Assembly (NCBI RefSeq): GCF_000143415.4
Contig: NW_003314286.1
Location: 872,554-896,078, forward strand
Length of the DNA: 23,525 nucleotides
From: Selaginella moellendorffii
Taxonomy: Eukaryota; Plantae; Lycopodiophyta
Direction: 5' to 3'
Both the position numbers and the translations under genes were made by a program. Below, piece after piece: positions 1-10,783 of the stretch (position 1 is the stretch's first letter; each line of letters begins with the position of its first letter). The notes beneath the pieces are model-generated. The model ran no database searches, was not told where the DNA came from, and was given only the letters and a program-made list of their open reading frames with translations.

Positions 1-33
1 TTTTCTTTGTGGTGCTCATTTTCTCATCTTTAG

Positions 34-2827
34 GCAAATGGTTTTAGCGTGGTAGCCGAAAAGCTGAATTTTTTCAGATTCATATCTCATTTTCGTTCCG
101 TCCATAGGGGAGCTTTTTTTGCAAGACAGAGAACTACATCCGTGCGCAAGCTACTACCAGAGTAAGGACACTGATTCTACTCCAGTCCCTTTAACTTTAT
201 GGATGTGTAGATCGTGGGGATTTCTTTGCCCCGTTCACACTCCCGATGGTGAACCTTGTGGGTTGCTCACTCATTTAAGCTCATTGTGCAGTAAGCTTTT
301 TATTTTGCTCAATGTCACGGGAACTAACTCGGTTTTCTGTTCTTCAGAAATTTCCACTGACCTCGATCAAAATAATCATCCCAAGGACCCCAAGGTTATT
401 CATCGAACTATTGCTACGGTGTTGGCTCAACTCGGCATGGTTTCGATTTCACCTTTATTGGCGTTGTCAGGCCCTCCCAAGTATCTGGCGGTTCTCCTTG
501 ACGGGTGTGTACTCGGTTATATGCCGGTTGGAAACATACCTCAAACCGTTTCTCACTTACGAAGTTTGAAAGTGACCAAGGGTTCTCAGGTTGCCACCGT
601 TTTTTACTGCTGTTCTGCTTGAACTAACGTGTTAGTGCAGGTCCCTATCGATCTAGAGATTGGATATGTTCCTTGCACGTATGCTGGGGCTTACCCTGGC
701 TTGTTTCTGTACACGACGCCATCACGGTTTCTTCGCCCAGTGAAGCAACTTGATACAGGAGCTATTGAACTTATCTCTGCCTTCGAACAGGTTTTATAAT
801 TTTTTATAAGCTCACTTTTAAGCTTCTATGTGCAGGCATACATGGAAATTGCATGCCCCGACGGAGGAAATTGCGGTCGAACACCTTCAGCTCCACCAGC
901 AACTCACATTGAACTGCATCCGACGGCTATGTTGAGTGTGGTTGCAAGCTTAACACCTTGGTCGGATCACAATCAAAGTCCTCGAAATATGTACCAGTGC
1001 CAGGTTTATACGAGCGCTACCGTAATGTTTAGTTTTTCTAACAGTTTCTACAGATGGGAAAACAAACGCTAGGCTTTGCTTCACAGGCTTTGAAGTTTAG
1101 AACGGATCACAAAATGTACAATCTTCAGGTAAGACTAGATTTAAGTGTTCCTTGTGTTAACCATATTCTTTGCTTTTCTTGTAGAACCCTCAGTCTCCTG
1201 TTGCGCGCAACGTTAATTACAAAAAGTACAACATGGACGAATTTCCACTTGGCACCAACGCTGTTGTTGCAGTGTTAGCGTACACAGGGTAAAGCTAACT
1301 GAGATCCATTTTAAGGTTTGAATTTGAGTGGTTTTCATGTAGTTTTGACATGGAAGATGCTATGATTATGAACAAATCATCGATGGAGAGAGGTTTAGCA
1401 CATGGACAAATCTATAAGGTGCTGTTTGACAGTGATTTTTCCTTTGTCCCTTGTAAATTGATATGTTTTTTTCTTTTTAGACCGAGCATGTCGATTTAAG
1501 TTTGCTGCAAAAAAAATCTGATGGAATTGTGAACCTCTTTTCAAGACCAACTGGGAAGAGAAATATACATAATTTTCTTGACGTGGACGGTCTTCCACAC
1601 ATTGGCCAGGTCTGATTAAATCCGCTCGAAATGCTATTAATCGTTTTCTCTGCAGACTATGCATAATGGAGATCCTTATTGCAGTGTTTTGAATACAATG
1701 ACTGGTGATGCGAAGCTACATAAGCTTAAAGCTGCAGAAAATGTCGTCATAGATTCCGTCATCGCCATCGGGCATGGCAGAGACCCACTTCAAAAGGTCA
1801 CAATCTCCTTATCTCGATGCATGCCAATAATTCGCTTTCTCTGCAGATCGCTGTGAAGTTTCGCCATGATCGAAACCCGGTTATTGGTGACAAGTTCAGC
1901 AGTCGCCATGGACAGAAAGGAATTCTGTCACAGTTGTGGCCAGATATTGACATGCCATTTTCGGCTGTCACCGGGATGCGTCCTGATATTATTATCAATC
2001 CCCACGCATTCCCGTCTCGTATGACGATCGGTATGCTTATGGAGTCTATGGCTGCCAAGGTACTAGCGAACTAGCGATGTGCTCCTTACGCTTCATGTCT
2101 ATTTTAGGCCGGCGTTCTTCGAGGCGAGTACGTGGATTCGACTCCCTTTAGAAGCAGCTCAGCAGCTTTAGAGGCAAAAGATGGTAAAACAGGAAGCGGC
2201 TACAAGGGTAAAGATAAGCATTATCCCGCGATTAGTGAGTTTGGGGAGCAGCTGGCACAGCACGGTTTCAATTACCATGGCACTGAGGTTATGTACAGCG
2301 GTTTGCTAGGAACGGAACTCACCTGTGAGATCTTCATCGGTGTTGTGTATTATCAGCGACTGCGACATATGGTTTCGGACAAGTTTCAGGTAACTCCACT
2401 TGGAGAACTGAAAATCGGATTAATGTGGTCTTTATCCCAGGTCCGCTCACTGGGTGCTATCAATCCCGTCACTAGACAGCCAGTAGGTGGTCGCAAGCTC
2501 GGTGGAGGCATACGTTTTGGAGAGATGGAGCGTGACTCGCTACTTGCACACGGTGCAGCGTATTTACTACACGATCGATTGCACACATCCTCCGACTACC
2601 ACGTTGGAGACGTGTGCACCACTTGCGGGAGTCTGCTGTCAACTCTGATGGTACCCTCAAAGCAGCCCGCCGTCGGTGCTCGGAACAAACCCAAGAAGGC
2701 TACCTGCAAAGTCTGCCAGTCGAATGCTGGAGTCGTCAAGGTTGCCATGCCATTCGTCTTCCGGTATCTTGCAGCAGAATTGGCAGCCATGAACGTGAAG
2801 CTTACCCTCAAAGTTGCTTCAGCGTAA
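34..2827 (+). CDS. NRPA2: DNA-directed RNA polymerase I second-largest subunit (5'-partial; exons 34-161, 211-290, 348-589, 641-790, 836-1003, 1054-1128, 1185-1288, 1343-1418, 1481-1609, 1656-1796, 1847-2059, 2108-2389, 2441-2827)
   Basis: Manual splicing at GT-AG introns of 45-62 nt gives one continuous frame. It carries Pol I-type motifs [112 protein letters not shown] and [11 protein letters not shown], plus a C-terminal CxxC...CxxC zinc ribbon. Stop TAA at 2825-2827. The gene begins upstream of the window. Confidence 0.96.
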
Positions 2828-3459
2828 GGAAGGGGTACGTCTAAATTCTTTTAAGCTGCCTTACAAACGAAGTGATCTGAGTTATTGATATCAGACCACT
2901 GTACTTGGAGCAAAGGATCTAGCATGGTTTTTGGTCCTTGAAGGAGCGGACCCAGCCCTTTGCAGAGCATCTCCAGCTCCACATACGCTCCCTGCCGTCA
3001 TCCGGGCATCCTCAAGCCTCACTGCATCTCGAGAAGACAAGCCTTTATCCAGGCAAGCGCTCCTTCGCTGGCTTGGCTCTTTTTCTTTGCTTGTTTTCCG
3101 TCAATATATATGGCGTTGGAACAAAGAGCCTTCCTTTAGAAGACAAGGCGAAGAAATGCTAAGAACCGTTTTTCCTTTTTCTTCGAAAAAATATGCAGTG
3201 TCTCGAATGGAATTATCTGGAAGAGGTATGTATTTTTCTTTTCCGTTTTTATTTGACAGTGATTTGCTCTTCCAAGTTACAGTGTCGACAATCGATAGTT
3301 CACTGTTACGAAAAATCGAGGTTTGATACATGGGTACGTTTTAAAAAATGTCAAGGTGAAAGGTACTGATCAATGTTTGCTATCTGTAACTCTACAGAGG
3401 TTTTATTAGGGTTTTCCTGAGTTTGGGTCTTCAGTGGGACGAGGTATGACAGTGCTTGA

Positions 3460-5732
3460 ATGCTGCAGCGGAAGGTCAAGAGCTTCCGAGGCCCAGCTGA
3501 TATCTTAAAAGCCATCGTACAGTCACTCCACCGGGTGAAACCAAGCGTTCCCGTTCTTCTTTCAGCGCTGAAAGCCTCGACGAGCTCGAGCGACATCGAA
3601 AACGGAAGGAGAGTCCACGCAGATGCAGTTAAATACGGGAAGGACTCCGACATTTTCGTGGCCAGTAGCCTCGTCAACATGTACGCAAAGTGTGGGAATG
3701 TGGCGGAGGCTCGAGAGATCTTCGACGGCATGGAGTCCCGGAATGCGGTGTCCTGGACTTCATTGATCTTGGGCTATGCCGACAACGGAGAATACGAAAC
3801 CGGGTTGGAGCTGTTTCGACGCATGCAACACGAGAGCTCTCAGCAATCGGATGCTCAGACTTTTGTGGCCGCTCTCAAGGCGTGCACGGGCTCCGCAGCG
3901 AAAGAAAAGCCTCTGGAAGTTGGCGGCAGGCTTGTCAAGCTGGGGACTCTCGAGCAAGGCATGGCGATTCACTCGCAGGCGTCGAGAAGTGGCTGCGAAG
4001 ACGTGTTTGTTTCGAGCATCCTGGTGGACATGTACGCGAACTGCGGCAGCATGCTTGATGCTCGGCTCGTCTTCGACAGGATGCCTTCTCACGACGTGGT
4101 GGTGTGGAACGCATTGCTTCTGGGATACGCAGAGAATGGAGAGCCACAGGTGACGCTGGAGTTATTCACTCGGTTGAGAGGAGGAGATCGAGGCTGCGGT
4201 CCAAACGCTCGAACTTTCGTCGCTGCGTTTCAAGCCTGCGGCAGTATGGCGGATCAAAGTGGCGACAAGATGGTGGCGCTGGAGGAGGGGATGGATCTTC
4301 ACTCCCAGGCAGCTCGGTTTCAGCACTGCGTGACGGATATATTCGTGAACAACACTCTCGTCGACCTGTACGCAAGGTGTGGGAACTTGGTGGACTCCCG
4401 CAGAGTTTTCGATCGCATGCGCTGCCACAATGTGGTGTCCTGGAACGCGCTGATGCTGGGACACGCCGACAATGGTGAAGAGGAGCTGGCCTTGGATCTC
4501 TTCGAGCGTTTGCGCGAACAAAGCTTAGCACCGGACTCCCGGAGCTTCGTTGCCGCGTTGAGAGCTTGCAGTGGTCTTGCCGAGAAAGAAAGCTCGCGGC
4601 AAGTGGACACGAACTCGATCATCAAGGCCGAGGCGCTCGAGAGGGGAACGCGGGTGCATGGAGAAGCCAGAGATGCCGGGCTTGACACGGACATCTACGT
4701 GACGAACGCTCTCCTGGACGTCTACGCCAAGTGTGGAAGCTTGGGCGACGCTCGCAGAGTCTTCGACGCCATGCAGCAGCGTGATGCTGTCTCGTGGACA
4801 GTTGTGATGCTCGCCTACGCGGAGAACGGCGATGGTCATCTGGCTCTGGAGCTGCACGAGCAAATGCAGCGGCAGGGCTGCGTCCGGGACGCCCGGAGCT
4901 TCGTCGCTGCGCTGAAGGCCTGCGCGAGCATCGCAGAGAAGGAACAGGGACAGGGAGTTGGCAACAGGTTGGTGAAAGTGAAGTCCCTGGAGCTGGGAAT
5001 GGCGCTCCACTCGCAGGCCGCGGGAGTAAGCAGCTGCAACTCGGACGTGTTCCTCGCGAACACCTTGGTGGATCTCTACTCGAGGTGCGGGAGCGTTCTG
5101 GACGCTCGCAGGGCCTTCGACGGGATGGAGCGGCACAGCACAGCGTCCTGGAACGCTCTCGTGCTGGGCCTCGCGGAGAATGGAGAGGACGAGCTCGCGC
5201 TGGACCTCTTCCGCTGCATGGGAGGAGCCGTGGAGCCGGACTCGCGGAGCTTCATTGCAGCGCTCCGTGGGGTGGCTAATCTCGCCGAGAAGGAGCGAGG
5301 CAAACAGGCCGAGACGGGGCTTGTCAAGGTGGAGTCACTGCGCAGAGTCATGGAGGTCGAAGCTACGAGCAAGCTGGGCGATATTACAGCACTAGACGCG
5401 TTCCTTGCGAGCGCGCTGGTCGACTCGTACGCAAAGTGTGGGAGCCTCGAGGACGCAAGAAGGGTGGCGAGCAAAATGGAGCCCCGTCACAGCATCGCGT
5501 CTCTCAACGCGCTGGTGTCCGGCTACGCGGAGAATGGCAAGCCCCGGCTAGCAGTGGAGCTCTACCGATGGATCCGGGAGAGCTACCCGGAGCTCCTGGA
5601 CGTGCGGACGATGCTCGCGGGGCTCAAGGCTTGCGGGAGCTTGGCCGCGCTAGAGACCGTCCGGGAGATCCACGCGGAAATCTCCAGAGCCGGCGTGCTT
5701 TCGTTATCGTCTTCTTCGTCCTCTCGATCACC

Positions 5733-5763
<31 letters not shown>

Positions 5764-6273
5764 GATGGAGGAGCTCTGGCTACGTCGCTGATCGACGCCT
5801 ACGGCAGATGTGGAAGCGTGCTCGAGGCCCAACGGCTGTTCGACGCGATGAGCCCATCGCCGGACACCGCGACTTGGAACTCGCTGATAGCCGGCTACAG
5901 CCACCATGGCGACACGAAGCGAGCTCTGGCGCTGCTCGAGGCCATGGAGCGCGAGGGCGCGAGCGTGGACGGCATCACGCTCGTGTCGGTGCTGAGCGCT
6001 TGCAGCCATGCCGGGGCGGTGGAGGTGGCGCGGAGGCTGCTGGAGGGGATGGCGGCGAGGTTTGGGGTGGAGGCTGGGGTGGAACACTTCCACTGCGTGG
6101 TGGACGCGCTGGGCAGGGCCAACAGGGTGGAGGAGGCGGCGAGGCTGGCGAGGAGCATGCCATTCGAGGCGAGCCCCGTGACTTGGAGGACCGTGCTGGG
6201 CGCGTGCCACAAGTGGGAGAACGCGAGCGTGGGAGAGGCCGCGTTTGAATCCCTCCAGGGCTGTTTATCGTGA
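3460..6273 (+). CDS. PLS-class pentatricopeptide repeat protein (about 23 P/L/S motifs, ending P2-L2-S2 plus partial E1; no DYW)
   Basis: 937-aa intronless ORF with repeating S (DxFVxxxLVDMYAKCG...ARxVFDxM), P (VSWNAL..GYAENG) and L (FVAALKAC) motifs. It ends with ITLVSVLSACSHAG, EHFHCVVDALGRA and TWRTVLGAC, typical of organellar RNA-editing factors. Confidence 0.95.
5737..5763 (+). repeat. (AGC)9 coding microsatellite giving a poly-Ser insert in the PPR protein
   Basis: Nine perfect AGC units, in frame, preceded by a TCN-coded Ser run. Confidence 0.95.
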
Positions 6274-8143
6274 TCATTCGCGCGAAATTTCTAGAAACAG
6301 ATTATCTAAATAATTTTCTGATCCGACACTATGGATTGCGCCGGATCTGTGTAATGTCGACCTGGACTAATTATTTGGGATGGATATTTGGGATGATAAA
6401 CATCACAGAAGATGCAATAGTTTCTGGCAGGTCCTCATGCTCAACTTTGCCCTCTGGAATTACCAGGCATCATCTCTAGAGGTCCGAAGGGCCTGCAGTC
6501 TCCTGAGTAATCCAACCAATTGAGCAACTGTAGATAGACTGAATCCCACTTGAAAATCAAGTAGAGAAGGGTTCCAAAGATAGATTTCTCTTAAACCATT
6601 CCCTTTATTTGCTTGCATTTCTTTGTAAGTTGTAAACTAAAGTCAACTACAACATATCAATTTTAATCGCCCTCCATTTAACAATTCATTAATTTTCTTT
6701 GTCAGTTGTAAACGGAAGCATCCCTTAGCCAAGTATTGCTAATCTCAACTAGTATTGAGAGCTGTCAGTAGTGAGATCTCAACACTAGTATTGCCCAGCA
6801 AATATTAGGTGAATACAGAATCTAGAATTAAATTTTTTTCTTGTTAATTAGTTTTTACTATTTAGCTTTATATAAAAGACACCTTGAAAGATGTTTGCTG
6901 TTTCAAAAATACAAAAGCTAAGAAAGTTGTATTTTAATTGGTCAGAGGACGAGGAAGTTGTTAGGAGTATCTACTCTACTATAAAGGTGAACAAAAGAAG
7001 AAAAACAAAATAGAAGAAATGAACAAATTATAAAAACAAGTGGAATTTAGATAATGAAAAAGTTAGATTTAAAATAAAAGCACAAATTTATCAGGGATAA
7101 TCAATTGAGTGCATGAAATATAGAAATTGATTAACAAAAAACCCTAATTTATGTAGGAGTGAGTAATTTGAATTGAAATCAATCAGGCAACTGTCAAAAT
7201 CCCACTGTGCTAATAATAACATATGGCATTATAACTTGATCTCACACTTTGAATATAATTATTAAACATTTTTTATTTTTTTAATATTTGCTAGCTATGA
7301 AAATAAAAACATGAATGCTATAATTCTATCACATATTGACTTGTATTAACATTTAATATAACAAGCTTTCTAAAGAAAAATAAATAAAAATTACAATATA
7401 ATAATCAAGAAGGAGCAAATTAGGAACTCTTGAACTCCTAATTAAACATCTTCTTCCGGACTTAATAAATTGTTTTTTTGCATATATTATTTTTTATTTT
7501 GAGTTATGAAGATAATTTTATTTTTATTATAAAATTCTTAATACAATATAGTAGATATTTATGAAGGAATTTTAGAAATACATCTATTCTGCAAATCGTT
7601 ATAGATATATCTAATCTCCTTAGTCAATTTCAATGGTTTTAAGCACTCAATATGGAGAGCATATTCTTTGGTCTAAAACTCTATTATAAAAATAAGGTTT
7701 TAGTATGATTTAAAAGAGGTTCAAACCATAATACTAACACTCTTTATAGCTTTTCTCAAGAAACTAAATTAGATTAATTTTGAAATTTCACAAATTACTC
7801 ATCACCATAGATGTGTTTCTATGAATGAACAACCTACTTTAATTAACCTATTATTATCATCATAAATTATTTATATAAATAAAAATATATTTAAAAACTA
7901 TTAAATATAGTAGAGTAATTTTTTCATTTTTATTATAAAAATATAAATAATATTTTTAAGAATGTTGTCAATAATATTAGAATAAACAAAACTTAGAATA
8001 ATTTTGTTTTATTTAAAGTTTTCTCTATTTTTGTTTTATTCTTAAAAGTCAAGATTTGGAGTCTAATATAAACGACTTCAGCTGTTATTTTTATTTTTAT
8101 GTGTAATACATTTATTTAACTGTAGTTTCTAGCTCTATCTAAA

Positions 8144-9085
8144 ATGAATGTTATAAATATTAAAATCTTAAAATTATTAATTTTTTTATATTTCAATTAT
8201 AATTTTTCATATGCTGGAAGATCCACATCATACGAACCTGGAAGAAATAATTTTATAACACTAGCTGATTTAATACATTTAGTTGATACTATTGTTAATA
8301 TGACTAATGCAATGTTTCATTCAACAGATAGATATGAGACTGGACTGGCATATTCTGGAATAGCTCCACTACTTACTTCAAATGAATATAGAGCTGAAAT
8401 TACATTTGAAGTTCTTAATAAAGGTCAAGGAACACGTTGCTCTATAAATCCATTAAGAGGTAATACTGTAATTGGTGGAAATTTAAGAGTGGGATTTAGA
8501 AGTATTCTTTATGAAGTTTTAAGCTTTTTACGTAGAGATTGTCCAGGTGATTTTAGGGGTGCCTCAAATAATTATATATTAGAGTATAATATCAACCCAA
8601 ATCCATTTTATAATCGTTCAACTATCAGTACTAGTAGAAAACAAAAGAAAATTATAGATGATAATCCATTTGACGATAATGAATGTTCTAAATCTGTAGT
8701 TTTTACAACATTATTTTCATGGCCATCACATAATATTCTCTATTTTGGGAATTCTTTATTCTCTCCTAATAGCATTATAAAACTAACAATGCAAGAAGAT
8801 TGTAATCTTGTTTTATATAAAGGGGATAATACTCCATTATGGGCTTCAAATACTTGGAGCACATGGAGAAGAAACTGTAATCTTTTATTACAAAGGGATG
8901 GGGATTTGGCTATTATGTTTAATACCCTTATACTTTGGAGATCAAGGACAAATTGTATAGAGAATAGTTGTATAAAACCATCAGTACTTTCAGTACAAAA
9001 TGATTGTAACATGGTTTTATATAGAATTCCTACTATAGTTGTTACTTCATTATTTCCAATATGGGCTTCCAACTCACATTGCTAA
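8144..9085 (+). CDS. Secreted two-domain protein: signal peptide, unknown N-terminal domain, C-terminal GNA/bulb-type (B-lectin) mannose-binding lectin domain
   Basis: 313-aa ORF staying open in ~28% GC DNA. Basic-then-hydrophobic N-terminus ends FSYA/G. Residues ~196-313 contain NILY..G, QEDCNLVLY..P.WASNT, a degenerate QRDGDLAIM and QNDCNMVLY, i.e. the QxDxNxVxY sites of snowdrop-lectin-type domains. Confidence 0.88.
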   Translation: MNVINIKILKLLIFLYFNYNFSYAGRSTSYEPGRNNFITLADLIHLVDTIVNMTNAMFHSTDRYETGLAYSGIAPLLTSNEYRAEITFEVLNKGQGTRCSINPLRGNTVIGGNLRVGFRSILYEVLSFLRRDCPGDFRGASNNYILEYNINPNPFYNRSTISTSRKQKKIIDDNPFDDNECSKSVVFTTLFSWPSHNILYFGNSLFSPNSIIKLTMQEDCNLVLYKGDNTPLWASNTWSTWRRNCNLLLQRDGDLAIMFNTLILWRSRTNCIENSCIKPSVLSVQNDCNMVLYRIPTIVVTSLFPIWASNSHC

Positions 9086-9709
9086 TCTATAAAATAGCAT
9101 TTTCTTCTTCAATATGCATACTGGCAAGGCACTTTGATTGCTCTCCAGTAGTATCTCCAAGAGGTACTTGATGAGGACAAAGAGGAGCATCTCCCTTGAA
9201 AATAGGGCTCCATGGATGGATAGATTCACTTTTATTAGATAAACAAAGTTGTGATTTCATTAAATAATTGATTGCTTTAAAAATGATTATATTAGTATTT
9301 CTTCATTAGAGATTGATGTGACCAGATATGCAAATATATGGATGCCATAGTGGTGACAGTTGGAAAAGGATTTCAAGCCCTTGAAGGCTTCAAAGCTGCC
9401 CTCCATTCCAAAGCACATAAGATGCCATAGGAATCAGATGAAGTAACAAGCTAGAAACTTTCCAAAATTTTAGTATAAAAACTAAATATGGAATGGAACT
9501 CAATAGATCATCTCTATTGTGGGAGCTAGTTCCATGCTATCTGTCCTCTTTGCCATAGTCTCTCAATCTCCACCAAGAATGTGTCACAAGAGACTTTAGA
9601 TGCTATAACTTTAGCCTACTGGGATATCATCTTTAGATCAAGCTTTTTGATACATTTATTATGGTTGTGATTTTATAGAAGTTGTGCTCATCCTCTTCTC
9701 TCTTGTTGA

Positions 9710-10238
9710 TGTGAAGTGTGATTATCATGTTAATTAAAATATAAGAACCTAACTCTTGGACACATGTGCGAAATGAGACCTGAATTTCAAGGCCTTAAGC
9801 AAGTGAACAAAAGAATGGAGCCAAACTCCTAAACATATGACCAAGGAGCAAATGAACAAGGCTAAACTCCCAAATGTATAACTAAGGAACAAAAGAATAA
9901 AAGTATGGAGCAACACTAGAATAGTCTTAGAGTTTTTAGAATCACAACACCAAGACTAACATGTAAAATGGTGCTTGAGCTTAGACCTAAACTGGATGCA
10001 AAACAAGAATAAACATACTTAATAAGGAGCTAGACATTGCCTTACATTAGTTGGCCATACCTATCTATTTATTTAGAACCCTTTATATGAAAGCACACTT
10101 TGGGGTTTCATCCTAGTCTCAAGAATTAGTTTTTGGGACAAATTTAAAAACTTATTAAATATGGAATATTATTAGATTATGAATCATTCTTTACATTTCA
10201 TTTTATATATAGCTAATAAACTGAAATAAGACTTCACA
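9710..10238 (-). mobile_element. Degenerate LTR-like repeat, family B copy 1 (probable solo LTR)
   Basis: Bounded by the 8-bp perfect inverted repeat TGTGAAGT...ACTTCACA. 9740-10125 aligns by eye, in the same orientation, with 21000-21545 (tgaacaaaagaa, aactcccaa.tgta, cttagacc.aa, ggagcta). No TSD found. Strand inferred from homology to family A. Confidence 0.5.
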
Positions 10239-10783
10239 TATGGCAAAGTGCCTTAGTTACAAGGTGCACTATGGCCAAGGTGGTGTGGTAGTCTACAGCA
10301 CAGCCACATGTTTTAGGAGGATTGGGCATCATTGACCCAAGTGAACCATGTGTCTCTGATTCTTTAGGGTTTGGAAGCCGCTGGAGTGGAGTTTCCTCCA
10401 GATTGTGCAGCGCATCTCTCTGTCCTCGTCTCTAAACAGTGCATTGAAGAAAAGGGGTTGGTTCAGCTAGTCTTCTACCTAACTCAGCACCAACTATCAT
10501 AACAGGAACGCTCTCCACAGCCTATAAATCCTCTGTATGAGATTTTGTCCTTTAGCCACATGTGTCGGTCCTTCCACCAATGGGTTCACATCCTATACCC
10601 AAGTTGTATTATGCTTGGGGTAGATCATCAACAAACTCTTCCAAAATATGAGTCCCCAAGGTTGCCTACTTGGCTAAAGGCCTATGAGGATGACTTTATA
10701 CCTTATCGCCTTTGTAGTTATAGATTTTCAGCCTGTAGAAGAGGCAAAACCTCTAGCTAGACATTCTACGGCTTCTTTATGTA

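Noticed and set aside
2390-2440. 17-aa insertion in NRPA2 ([17 protein letters not shown]) seen in the ORF track
   Set aside because: A 51-nt in-frame GT-AG intron; removing it restores the conserved DKFQVRS.
3351-6277. Many alternative-frame and antisense ORFs over the PPR gene
   Set aside because: Expected shadows of a GC-rich coding sequence; no recognisable motifs.
6742-6793. Short direct repeat ATCTCAAC(AC)TAGTATTG x2
   Set aside because: Too short and isolated to assign function; likely a local duplication.
9100-9700. Possible pseudogene exons here, at 6300-6560 and at 10250-10780
   Set aside because: Short frames interrupted by stops with no family I can recognise.
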